Source: Nemertoderma westbladi (Eukaryota > Animalia > Xenacoelomorpha). Taken from it: a DNA stretch of 64,000 nt. Positions 19,951-32,100 of this stretch are shown here, one piece after another (the first letter of the stretch is position 1; the number at the start of each line of letters is the position of its first letter). The position numbers were made by a program, and so were the translations under genes. The stretch spans positions 62,001 through 126,000 of the forward strand of contig JAUCBJ010009163.1 in assembly GCA_032718475.1 (NCBI GenBank). The letters run 5' to 3'. The notes below the pieces were generated by a model. It saw only the letters and a list, made by a program, of their open reading frames with translations. It was not told the DNA's origin and did no database searches.

Positions 19951-22905
19951 TTATAACCCTCCGGCCTCTTCACGCTGGTACTCGATGCGTCGCCATTCTC
20001 GTCGGAGTCGATGATGAAGTCGACCGATTATCCTGATGAGAACCGTCGGTGCATTAGCGTACTCGAGTTGTCCAATGGACCGTAAAGTCCCTATAGCATT
20101 CTTGATTTCATCCGCGAGTCGTAGAAGATCGATCGGTTTCGAAATGCTGCCTCCTCTACAGAGGTCTTCGATAATGGATTTAGCCATGGCGACGTTACCT
20201 CCGGAAATCGAATATAAACGGTCGTACGCCAACTCAAAGGCATCGGGAACACCAATGAAGGTTTCCACTAATCGTTTCGGCTCACCAGACAGGACTTGGA
20301 GCAAGTAATTAAACTTCTCCGTCGAGGTGAAAGCACACTTAGCGATCTGGGACTCTACGTAGTCTACCAGTGTGCGCCAGTGTTTCGCGTTGCCAGAGAA
20401 CTTCGGCGGTTGCTGTGCCGGTAATCCGTGTCTAGCCGCGAATTTCGCAATCTTGCTAACCAAATCCAACTGTCCGCATCCCTGTTCGGTGGCGTCGTCC
20501 AGTCGTTCCCTTCCGCGTGTTGTTCGGCGGTAAGAATTATTAATGGGATCTTCTTCTCGATGTGTCGGAGTCTGTCTAGTCTCCTGTTCTCGCCTTGGTA
20601 GTCGATGTTGTCTAGGTTGTTCTAACTCCACGCTGGTTCGTGATCGATCCGACGGTTGCGTTTCGAGTCGTTCTTCGAGTTGAGCTATTCTGTCCGTCAT
20701 CTCGGTGAACTGTTTGGCGCTGATCGTTTCCGCTGGTTTCAACGTGGGTTTCTGTTGGGGTGTTTCTCGTGGAGGATTGTCGATATAGGGGTTCGTCGAT
20801 CGTTCCTCCCGTTTGTAATCTTCCGCCGCTCCAGTACGGAATATTTCCCGTTCCGTCGACTCCGAGTCACTAGATGAGTCGCTGTCGTCCGGGTAAGGTG
20901 GTTGGCGGGTTCGTGTCCGGCGTATTACTCTCGATTTCGTCCGTTGTGGTCCGGAATCTACGGCTCTCCGTTGTTCGGTAGGCTCGCAAGCCTTCCACGA
21001 AGTCGTAGGTCTCGCTATACGTTGTCCGATCCCGTGAGTACTACCCACATCCATCCTCCTCCGTAGTTCGGTAGGCTCGCAAGCCTTCCACGAAGTCGTA
21101 GGTTGCGTCGAACATTGTGTCAACGGTCGAGTGAAATAGTCGGGTTTCGTAGTCGGTCTGTAAATAACTGGATTTGCACAGCACGTCACAGGTTTAACTT
21201 GTAATGGTTTACTCACCTGTTTAATGGTCATAAATGCAGGTTCCTCTCTTCCTACAAGTAGACTACGACTTACTGTAGGTGGACTAGTTATGTTACCTGC
21301 TAAAATTGGCGATGAAGTCGCCCTAGGTTGCGGTATTTCCGTCACAACAAACCTGTTACCTTGCGTCGAACGCACAGGCGTTATTTCCTTAGGTTTCGTA
21401 ACAAAGACCGGTTTTATCGGAGTCGTGGGTTTGAGCATAGGAATAACTTGGGGAAAACGTTTACAGTAATCCTCGACGAACTCCTCTCCTCGATCTATCG
21501 CTCCCACGCTTCCTTCCTCGATCCGCTTCTGTATTCCGCGATATCGAGCTTCCATACGATCCAGGGCAGACAAGTCGTGTCCAGTTCGCGATCTTATAGA
21601 TCTATCTCTCGCATCGAGTTCGAGGTCCGCTTGCGCGTTCGCTGTCTCGCGCGATCTACGATTTAATTCGAACTGTAGTTGCATCTCCCTTTTGCGTCGA
21701 TCTGCGTCCTGTTGTTGTGCCGCTAATTCCGCTTCCTGTATAGCTAATCGAGCATTTATTTGCCGCGCCTTCAACTTGGCACGAGCGTCGGATGCTGCTT
21801 TCTTCCGTGCTAACTCGTCAGCTGCCGCCTGTCGTGCTAACACGTCAGCTGCCGCCTGTCGTGCTAACTCGTCGGCTGCCGCTTCTTGCGCTAAGTCCTC
21901 CTCCAGTCTGCGCATCTCCGAAGCTTCGAATTCGGCTTGCGCCTTGAGTTGTGCAATTCTTGCCTCGTCCTCTCTATGTTGTTTCTCTCCTTCGATGGCG
22001 ATCTGTGCCATCTGGTGTCGCGCTTCTTCCTCGGCGACTTGTTGTCGGCGTGCAACCTCCTGTTGTTGTCGAGTAATTCCAGACGCTGTTCTACTAACGT
22101 CGCCAACGTTGCCAACGTCGCTCCGTACGCTAACGAACGATCTATCCAGTGGTGGATGTTGGTAGGCTCGCGAGCCTTCCGTAGTGAGAACTTCCGTCGT
22201 CCCTCGCGGTTCGACTTCCGGTTCGTCGATCGGTACGCCGCATCTACGAAGAAAATTGGTCAGCGTTTCCAACCTTCCGTCCAGGCAGTAGAGTTCTTCT
22301 TCCTCTTCGTGTTGTAACAACGCGTCCGAAACTGACTCACCTAGCAGTTGGTCGAACTGCTCCTGTTGAGCCAATCTTATCACCGACTTAAACTGGATAA
22401 GGCTTTCTCTCGCACTTACCAATTTATCTACTATCTTTACCTGAGTAAAGTTGTCGCCACGCAACTCTGCAAGTTCGTGCAAACCTTTAAGTTTATCTAC
22501 GGAGGCATGTACCCTACTTTCTATCCTTACCTGTAAGGTGTAGAACTCGTATCTCGACATCGGGGCGGTTAACTCGCGTAAAACGCGAAAACCTTCTCCG
22601 AGGTTCCGAGTAATCTGGGCCATGTGTCCTCCTATACTTCTAATAACGTTCTCCTGGCTTCCAGTCGAACTTACCATGTCCGGTTCCCGCGATCTAGTCT
22701 GCGGGATGGTAAGGAAATCTTCAATTCTGCCGTCGCCACGCGTTGCGGTTTCCGGTATTTCCGTTCAGGGTACCGGCGACGCAAGCGGTGTGACATCGGT
22801 GGAATCTCGGGTTCTCCTTCTCGGTTCGTCTACTGTCGATCTGTCCGGGTCGCACGAGTCATAGTCGGTAGGTGGGTATCTCGTCGAATGGGGTGTGTCA
22901 CTCAT
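19951..22905 (-). pseudogene. gag: BEL/Pao gag with coiled-coil region (nonsense codon at 22765-22767, frameshift at ~19950)
   Basis: ATG at 22905 is in frame with the 908-aa ORF except for one TGA. DUF1759-like LPAQQPPKFSGNAKHW...EKFNYLLQVLSGEP; QAAADELAR coiled-coil repeats. Confidence 0.85.
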
Positions 22906-23784
22906 GTCTTATTATATACGTCAAGTACGGATAATAAAATGTCAAAGTGTCTGAATGTTGAAGTGTCAAACTTACCTAACCGGTACAAATAAATCAACAA
23001 GTCAGAATGTCGAAATGTCAAAATGTCGAAATGTACAAATGTCAAACTTACCTTGATATATATATATATCATATATATACCCTAACCGGTACAAATAAAC
23101 TAACAAGGTATATAATAAAATAAGTAGTAATCTAGCCTACCGGCTAAATTTGTACGAATAAGTGAGATAACGGTATACATTAACAAAATGTAGATCAACA
23201 AGTATAGACAATAGGCCAAACAGCAACGTCTAACGGGAAAATAAGTACCAACAACACTACTAATAGACAGTGAAACCCACAAATTTTGAGTACTACTGTG
23301 CTTTCTAAAGTTTGAACGACGCGAGTCGTAAAACTTACGTTCCTTTGATCTTCCAGTCGTACAAATTCCCAAATACAAACCGGACGTGGGTCTTTCCGTT
23401 TTTCGGCGGCGCGGACGAATTTATTGTCTCCCAAACTTTGCGAAAAGCGGTCTAATCCTCGAAGCGGTCCAGAAATGAGTCCTTGAGTCCTGAAAAGGTC
23501 GAAGGTGAGAGTTTTACTTCTACGCTTACGAAAAATCTTCCTAGGTACCGATACAAATTGGTCTTTAAACCCTATGTACCTTTTCAAGTACCGAAAAGTA
23601 ACACCGCACACACACGGCGTAAAACAAAGTGCTACAAACTAACTGTTAGCTAGTCAAAGATTAAATACGAAAGTACTAGCTACCCTAAAAGCTACTGAAG
23701 CAGGGGACGTTCTAAATTACTAAATTTACTAACCTTAGTTTTAAATATCTCCTACTTTCAATAGCTAACAATTCTAAACTATAC

Positions 23785-23906
23785 TATACGCTAATTTCAG
23801 AATTTGTATAATATACTTCCTACTGTAAGGTAGGAATATTTTACACTACGATAGAAGTACTATACACTAATTTCAGAATTTGTATAATATACTTCCTACT
23901 GTAAGG
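23785..23906. repeat. ~45-bp direct duplication in the element 2 leader
   Basis: CTAATTTCAGAATTTGTATAATATACTTCCTACTGTAAGG occurs twice. Other short duplications lie at ~24218/24307, ~24342/24396 and 24867-24908. Confidence 0.85.
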
Positions 23907-25484
23907 GTCCAGTAGTATACCGCTTACCAGATCCTAGTAACGATGTATCTTACTATGAGACTCTAGTAATGTATACGGGCTTGTACAGTATCTGACAACA
24001 AATCCCAGTCCAGGATATCTAAACAAACAGATACAATACACAAACGACTACTGGCGAGGAACAGAGCCTTGTATCTATTCTATGTACGTGAGCGGGTCTA
24101 ATGCCTACGTACTAGACAGAAGGATACCTGTCCTCTAACCGGTGAGGCAGATGTACAGTTACAGTAACAGACCAAACTCACGGGAAAACAATCCCCGCGC
24201 AGCGAATCCTAACTATCACTGACAGTCCTAAATACAGTAACTTGCCGCGGTGTGATTTATATGGTTTATATACGAGCTGATGGGTTAACAGACCTAGCGT
24301 AACAACACTGACAGTCCTAAATCAGTCGAAAAGGGGTCGTACCTAAATGTAACAATAACTGATCCCCCTGTACGAAATCAGTCTAAAAGGTCAAGCCTAA
24401 ATGTAACAATAACTGCTGGACAACACAACAGATTAATAACGAAAGTGAAATACTCCTTATTGCCGCAACTAAATCAGATCCTAATTTTACAAATACAGAC
24501 AATTTCCACCTAAAGTAATGTATAGTGCGCTATAGCTAGTAGAACTTTAAGGGCAATATGTTTTAGGGCGTGTGTGTGTGGGTGTGTTACAAATAAAACA
24601 ATTTCGTGTAATTCCTTTACTAGGTTTTAGTGATTTTCTGACTAAGTGATACCGTGCGCTAGCTACTAAAATAAACTAGTCGCGTTTTGTAGAACTTTAT
24701 ACTCACGAATGACGTCAAAGCTCTCTCCTTCCTATCCACAACCCAATGGGCAACCACAGTGTTAGTAACTACACCCGTGATCGGCACTAATACCAGATTC
24801 TGGTTGTAAGATAAGAATAGGGGTTAATCGCTACCGTACGTTAGCTGATCTGGTATACTAATTTAATTCTAGACAGATCAGATTCTAGACAGATTCTAGA
24901 CAGATCAGTACGTGGCAAGGCGCGGTAGGATATTAATAAACCTCCCTAGGCCAAGCAGTGTGCCGGTAGCAGAAATACTCCTTGCCTGATCAAATAGCTA
25001 ACTCCAGACGGGGGGGGGGGGGGGGGGTACTAATGTACGTTCTACAAAGCGAACCGGTACCAAACAGTCATTACTACGAATCACTAAATTATGGAACATA
25101 TGCTGTCCGTACCTAATATGTACTCGCGTACTGACGAATGGCAATAGTTCACACCTGTAGGAAGTACAGGTTAACCCAGGGATTCGTAGGACTTGACAAA
25201 GGGGGGGGGGGGGGGGGTTGTCTGGATATAATTATTTGATCCTAAATTTGCGGCGTCCAGTACGGTGTCACGCTTACTCTGATCTATAGGTCTTACGGCG
25301 GGCAAGGGCATCGAACAAAGTCTTACCTTCTCACAAAGCGGGCGCTGCATAGCAAGTGGAGTATTTCGAAGGGGCAAAGGGGGTGCGCGGTCGATCCAAT
25401 GTGGGCGCTAGCGTGTTGTGGACATCCCTTCCCTGCGTTGCTTACGGCCTAACGATCTAGGCTGCCATCTCCCTGATGTTCGGC

Positions 25485-25502
25485 TGTCCCGAAGTTGGAC
25501 CA
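25485..25502 (-). other. Putative primer binding site of element 2
   Basis: TGGTCCAACTTCGGGACA follows the LTR-terminal CA and a T-rich spacer. It resembles but does not equal the tRNA-Tyr PBS TGGTCCTTCGAGCCGGA common in BEL/Pao. Confidence 0.5.
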
Positions 25503-25512
25503 AAAGAAAACA

Positions 25513-26185
25513 TGTCAGGAATTTGCAGTATATTTACAGTTTTACAAAGGATTTATCAAAACGAAGTTTCAACAAGAAACCGAATTAACTAATTTTACAA
25601 AAGTAAGAGTTTTACAAAGTGGTAAGAAGTGACATAATATAAGGGGGTAGTTGTTGTGTTAACCGAAGGCAAACCGGCCCTTTTATACTAGAAATTGCAC
25701 ATGGAAACTAAACAGAATTTTCCACAGCTTCACAATTGAGCAATGAAGTGCTTCGTGCTCTATGATTGGCCCAGCTCATCGTTCAACGCAGTCCGGCCCT
25801 CACACTAATCTGGGACATGGAATCCTAACAGAATTTTCCACTGCCTCACATTTGAGCAATAAGATAAATTATGCCCTATGATTGGCCTGGCTCATCATTC
25901 GCTACGCTGTACGCTTCTCATTGGCCTACCAATTAGCACCAAACGAAAATAAATGGCCCCAAAATACAAATTTCCCGACTGGGATTCGAACTCGTAACCT
26001 ATGTAATGTAACCAACGCCTTAACCATCTGACCACTACGCCACGAGAGTACCTAAGGGTTTTATGTGTACAAATATGAATAGGCATATTACATTACTGTA
26101 ACTCAATCAAAATACGTCGGATTTTCGAAAGTTTTTACGTTAAAGTTAAACTACAAATGCTATCTTATAGTGAAATAATTCATCA
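25513..26185 (-). repeat. Putative 5' LTR of element 2 (TG...CA, 673 bp), abutting the satellite
   Basis: The minus strand begins TGATGAATT exactly at the satellite junction and ends CCTGACA. Contains the tRNA-like module, CCAAT boxes (ATTGG on + at 25765, 25881, 25920), a ~115-bp imperfect direct repeat and TAGTATAAAAGG (~25690-25679). Confidence 0.6.
25972..26041 (-). ncRNA. tRNA-derived Pol III promoter module (A box + B box) inside LTR 2
   Basis: Minus strand GGCGTAG-TGGTCAGATGG-TTAAGGCGTTGG...TAGGTTAC-GAGTTCGAATCCC-AGTCGGG. D-arm and T-loop are recognisable but the cloverleaf is incomplete. Confidence 0.75.
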
Positions 26186-29100
26186 ATTGCGTTGGAACAC
26201 CCCCTATCTGTGGCTGTCTGAGAGGAGAGATAAGTAGCCTATCTCCCTGTTAATATTGTTGTGTTCTAGAATATTTATTATAGTTTCATCGTATTGCCAA
26301 TGTGACTAGAGCTGAAGTTGACTCATAATACCTTAATTCACCTCAAATATCTCAGCTATTTCATGAACATAATGAAGTATTAAATCCATGTCAAATTCCT
26401 TGGTATTTTTCTGCAATAATTTATCAAAATACCCTCTGATTTTTTTCAAAAACCATATCAATTTTCATATTTATAACTTCTATCCCACTCAACGAGATAA
26501 AGTATCTTAAATGAAAGTCAAAAGAACAGGTAACACTTACATTTATAGAAGTAATCAGCTGTTATTTGCTTCGTCTTTCCGCTGGAGATGGATGAATTTT
26601 GATTGTGTCAGAGCACCCCTATCTGTGGCTGTCTGAGAGGAGAGATAAGTAGCCTATCTCCCTGTTAATATTGTTGTGTTCTAGAATATTTATTATAGTT
26701 TCATCGTATTGCCAAAGTGACTAGAGCTGAAGTTGACTCATAATACAATAATTCACCTCAAATATCTCAGCTATTTCATGAACATAATGAAAAGTATTAA
26801 AGCCATGTCAAATTCCTTGGTATTTTTCTGCAATAATTTATCAAAATATCCTCTGATTTTTTTCAAAAACCATATCAATTTTCATATTTATAACTTCTAT
26901 CCCACTCAACGAGATAAAGTATCTTAAATGAAAGTCAAAAGAACAGGTAACACTTACATTTATAGAAGTAATCACTGTTATTTGCTACGTCTTTCCGCTG
27001 GAGATGGATGAATTTTGATTGCGTTGGAACACCCCCTATCTGTGGCTTTCTGAGTGGAGAGATAAGTATCCTATCCCCTATTAATATTGTTGTGTTCTAG
27101 AATATTTTTTATAGTTTCATCGTATTGCCAAAGTGACTAGAGCTGAAGTTAACTCATAATACAATAATTCACCTCCAATATCTCAGCTATTTCATGAACA
27201 TAATGAAGTATTAAAGCCATGTCAAAATAATTGGTGTTTTTCTGCAATAATTTATCAAAATATCCTCTGATTCTTTACTATAACCATATCGATTTTAATA
27301 TTTATAACTTCTAACCCACTCCACGAGATAGATAATCTTAAATGAAAATCAAAAGAACAGGTAACACTTACATTTATAGAAGTAATCAGCTGTTATTTGC
27401 TACGTCTTTCCGCTGAAGATGAATGAATTTTGATTGTGTCAGAAAACCCCCTATCTGTGGTTGTATGAGTTGAGAGATAAGTAGCCTATCTCCCTATTAA
27501 TATTGTTGTGTTCTAGAATATTTATTATAGTTTCATCGCATTGCTAAAGTGGCTGGAGCTAAAGTTATTATGTAATGCAATAATTCACCTCAAATATCTC
27601 AGCTATTTCATGATCATAATGAAGTATTAAATCCTTGTCAAAATCCTTGGTATTTTTCTGCAATAATTTATCAAAATATCCTCTGATTTTTTTCAAAAAC
27701 CATATCAATTTTCATATTTATAACTTCTATCCCACTCCACGAGATAAAGAATCTTAAATGAAAGTTAAAAGAACAGGTAACACTTACATTTATAGATGTA
27801 ATCAGCTGTTATTTGCTACGTCTTTCCGCTGGAGATGGATGAATTTTGATTGTGTCAGAACACCCCCTATCTGTGGCTGTCTGAGTTGAGAAATAAGTAG
27901 CCTATCTCCCTATTAATATTGTTGTGTTCTAGAATATTTATTATAGTTTCATCGTATTGCTAAAGTGGCTGGAGCTAAAGTTATTATGTAATGCAATAAT
28001 TCACCTCAAATATCTCAGCTATTTCATGAACATAATGAAGTATTAAAGCCATGTCAAATTCCTTGGTATTTTTCTGCAATAATTTATCAAAATATCCTCT
28101 GATTTTTTACAAAAATCATATCGATTTTCATATTTATAACTTCTATCCCACTCCACGAGATAGAGAATCTTAAATGAACGTCAAAAGAACAGGTAACACT
28201 TACATTTATAGAAGTAATCAGCTGTTATTTGCTTCGTCTTTCCGCTGGAGATGGATGAATTTTGATTGCGTTGGAACACCCCCTATCTGTGGCTTTCTGA
28301 GTGGAGAGATAAGTATCCTATCTCCCTATTAATATTGTTGTGTTCTAGAATATTTTTTATAGTTTCATCGTATTGCCAAAGTGACTAGAGCTGAAGTTAA
28401 CTCATAATACAATAATTCACCTCAAATATCTCAGCTATTTCATGAACATAATGAAGTATTAAAGCCATGTCAAAATCCTTGGTATTTTTCTGCAATAATT
28501 TATCAAAATATCCTCTGATTTTTTTCAAAAACCACATCGATTTTCTTATTTATAACTTCTATCCCACTCCACGAGATAGAGAATCTTAAATGAACGTCAA
28601 AAGAACAGGTAACACTTACATTTATAGAAGTAATCAGCTGTTATTTGCTACGTCTTTCCGCTGGAGATGGATGAATTTTGATTGCGTTGGAACACCCCCT
28701 ATCTGTGGCTTTCTGAGTGGAGAGATAAGTATCCTATCTCCCTATTAATATTGTTGTGTTCTAGAATATTTTTTATAGTTTCATCGTATTGCCAAAGTGA
28801 CTAGAGCTGAAGTTGTCTCATAATACAATAATTCACCTCAAATATCTCAGCTATTTCATGAACATAATGAAGTATTAAATCCATGTCAAAATCCTTGGTA
28901 TTTTTCTGCAATAATTTATCAAAATATCCTCTGATTTTTTTCAAAAACCATATCAATTTTCATATTTATAACTTCTATCCCACTCCACGAGATAGAGAAT
29001 CTTAAATGAACGTCAAAAGAACAGGTAACACTTACATTTATAGAAGTAATCAGCTGTTATTTGCTACGTCTTTCCGCTGGAGATGGATGAATTTTGATTG

Positions 29101-32100
29101 CGTTGGAACACCCCCTATCTGTGGCTTGTCTGAGTGGAGAGATAAGTAGCCTATCTCCCTATTAATATTGTTGTGTTCTAGAATATTTATTATAGTTTCA
29201 TCGTATTGCCAAAGTGACTAGAGCTGAAGTTAACTCATAATACAATAATTCACCTCAAATATCTCAGCTATTTCATGAACATAATGAAGTATTAAAGCCA
29301 TGTCAAAATCCTTGGTATTTTTCTGCAATAATTTATCAAAATATCCTCTGATTTTTTTCAAAAACCATATCGATTTTCATATTTATAACTTCTAACCCAC
29401 TCCACGAGATAGATAATCTTAAATGAAAGTCAAAAGAACAGGTAACACTTACATTTATAGAAGTAATCAGCTGTTATTTGCTACGTCTTTCCGCTGGAGA
29501 TGAATGAATTTTGATTGTGTCAGAACACCCCCTATCTGTGGTTGTCTGAGTTGAGAGATAAGTAGCCTATCTCCCTATTAATATTGTTGTGTTCTAGAAT
29601 ATTTATTATAGTTTCATCGCATTGCTAAAGTGGCTGGAGCTAAAGTTATTATGTAATGCAATAATTCACCTCAAATATCTCAGCTATTTCATGAACATAA
29701 TGAAGTATTAAATCCATGTCAAAATCCTTGGTATTTTTCTGCAATAATTTATCAAAATATCCTCTGATTTTTTTCAAAAACCATATCAATTTTCATATTT
29801 ATAACTTCTATCCCACTCCACGAGATAGAGAATCTTAAATGAACGTCAAAAGAACAGGTAACACTTACATTTATAGCAGTAATCAGCTGTTATTTGCTAC
29901 GTCTTTCCGCTGGAGATGGATGAATTTTGATTGCGTTGGAACACCCCCTATCTGTGGCTTTCTGAGTGGAGAGATAAGTATCCTATCTCCCTATTAATAT
30001 TGTTGTGTTCTAGAATATTTTTTATAGTTTCATCGTATTGCCAAAGTGACTAGAGCTGAAGTTAACTCATAATACAATAATTCACCTCAAATATCTCAGC
30101 TATTTCATGAACATAATGAAGTATTAAAGCCATGTCAAAATCCTTGGTGTTTTTCTGCAATAATTTATCAAAATATCCTCTGATTTTTTTCAAAAACCAC
30201 ATCGATTTTCTTATTTATAACTTCTATCCCACTCCACGAGATAGAGAATCTTAAATGAACGTCAAAAGAACAGGTAACACTTACATTTATAGAAGTAATC
30301 AGCTGTTATTTGCTACGTCTTTCCGCTGGAGATGGATGAATTTTGATTGCGTTGGAACACCCCCTATCTGTGGCTTTCTGAGTGGAGAGATAAGTATCCT
30401 ATCTCCCTATTAATATTGTTGTGTTCTAGAATATTTATTATAGTTTCATCGTATTGCCAAAGTGACTAGAGCTGAAGTTGACTCATAATACAATAATTCA
30501 CCTCAAATATCTCAGCTATTTCATGAACATATTGAAGTATTAAATCCATGTCAAAATCCTTGGTATTTTTCTGCAATAATTTATCAAAATATCCTCTGAT
30601 TTTTTTCAAAAACCATATCAATTTTCATATTTATAACTTCTATCCCACTCCACGAGATAGAGAATCTTAAATGAACGTCAAAAGAACAGGTAACACTTAC
30701 ATTTATAGAAGTAATCAGCTGTTATTTGCTATGTCTTTCCGCTGGAGATGGATGAATTTTGATTGCGTTGGAACACCCCCTATCTGTGGCTTTCTGAGTG
30801 GAGAGATAAGTATCCTATCTCCCTATTAATATTGTTGTGTTCTAGAATATTTTTTATAGTTTCATCGTATTGCCAAAGTGACTAGAGCTGAAGTTAACTC
30901 ATAATACAATAATTCACCTCAAATATCTCAGCTATTTCATGAACATAATGAAGTATTAAATCCATGTCAAAATCCTTGGTATTTTTCTGCAATAATTTAT
31001 CAAAATATCCTCTGATGTTTTTCAAAAACCATATCAATTTTCATATTTATAACTTCTATCCCACTCCACGAGATAGAGAATCTTAAATGAACGTCAAAAG
31101 AACAGGTAACACTTACATTTATAGAAGTAATCAGCTGTTATTTGCTACGTCTTTCCGCTGGAGATAGATGAATTTTGATTGCGTTGGAACACCCCCTATC
31201 TGTGGCTTTCTGAGTGGAGAGATAAGTATCCTATCTCCCTATTAATATTGTTGTGTTCTAGAATATTTATTATAGTTTTATCGTATTGCCAAAGTGACTA
31301 GAGCTGAAGTTGACTCATAATACAATAATTCACCTCAAATATCTCAGCTATTTCATGAACATAATGAAGTATTAAAGCCATGTCAAAATCATTGGTGTTT
31401 TTCTGCAATAATTTATCAAAATATCCTCTGATTTTTTTCAAAAACCATATCAATTTTCATATTTATAACTTCTATCCCACTCCACGAGATAGAGAATCTT
31501 AAATGAACGTCAAAAGAACAGGTAACACTTACATTTATAGCAGTAATCAGATGTTATTTGCTACGTCTTTCCGCTGGAGATGGATGAATTTTGATTGCGT
31601 TGGAACACCCCCTATCTGTAGCTGTCTGAGTGGAGAGATAAGTAGCCTATCTCCCTGTTAATATTGTTATGTTCTAGAATATTTATTATAGTTTCATCGT
31701 ATTGCCAAAGTGACTAGAGCTGAAGTTGACTCATAATACAATAATTCACCTCAAATATCTCAGCTATTTCATGAACATAATGAAGTATTAAAGCCATGTC
31801 AAAATCATTGGTGTTTTTCTGCAATAATTTATCAAAATATCCCCGATTTTTTTCAAAAACCACATCGATTTTCTTATTTATAACTTCTATCCCACTCCAC
31901 GAGATAGAGAATCTTAAATGAACGTCAAAAGAACAGGTAACACTTACATTTATAGCAGTAATCAGCTGTTATTTGCTACGTCTTTCCGCTGGAGATGGAT
32001 GAATTTTGATTGCGTTGGAACACCCCCTATCTGTGGCTGTCTGAGAGGAGAGATAAGTAGCCTATCTCCCTGTTAATATTGTTGTGTTCTAGAATATTTA

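Larger units (their letters stand above)
13666..22180 (-). repeat. Dispersed 20-nt hairpin GGAAGGCTTGCGAGCCTACC, 8 copies
   Basis: On the + strand it reads GGTAGGCTCGCAAGCCTTCC at 13666, 18287 (last base A), 18365, 18443, 20977 and 21070, with variants at 22161 and 15604. Confidence 0.9.
13124..26185 (-). mobile_element. BEL/Pao LTR retrotransposon (element 2), decayed, 3' LTR not found
   Basis: Minus-strand LTR-like promoter, PBS-like site, ~2.6-kb leader and a gag-pol spanning 22905 to 14037 with all Pao domains. The 3' boundary is uncertain. Confidence 0.9.

Noticed and set aside
17990-19955. Programmed ribosomal frameshifting in element 2
   Set aside because: Several frameshifts fall inside domains and there is a nonsense codon. 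BEL/Pao usually has a single gag-pol ORF, so decay or sequencing indels explain them better.
3047-22536. Numerous antisense/overlapping ORFs (e.g. 3809-4396, 5022-5696, 10638-11384, 18188-18790, 21692-22165)
   Set aside because: They are shadow frames of gag, pol and ORF3 with no recognisable motifs.
28263-28283. CENP-B box-like TTGCGTTGGAACACCCC in the satellite
   Set aside because: It shares CGTTGGAA with the human box but lacks the essential TTCG and CGGG positions.
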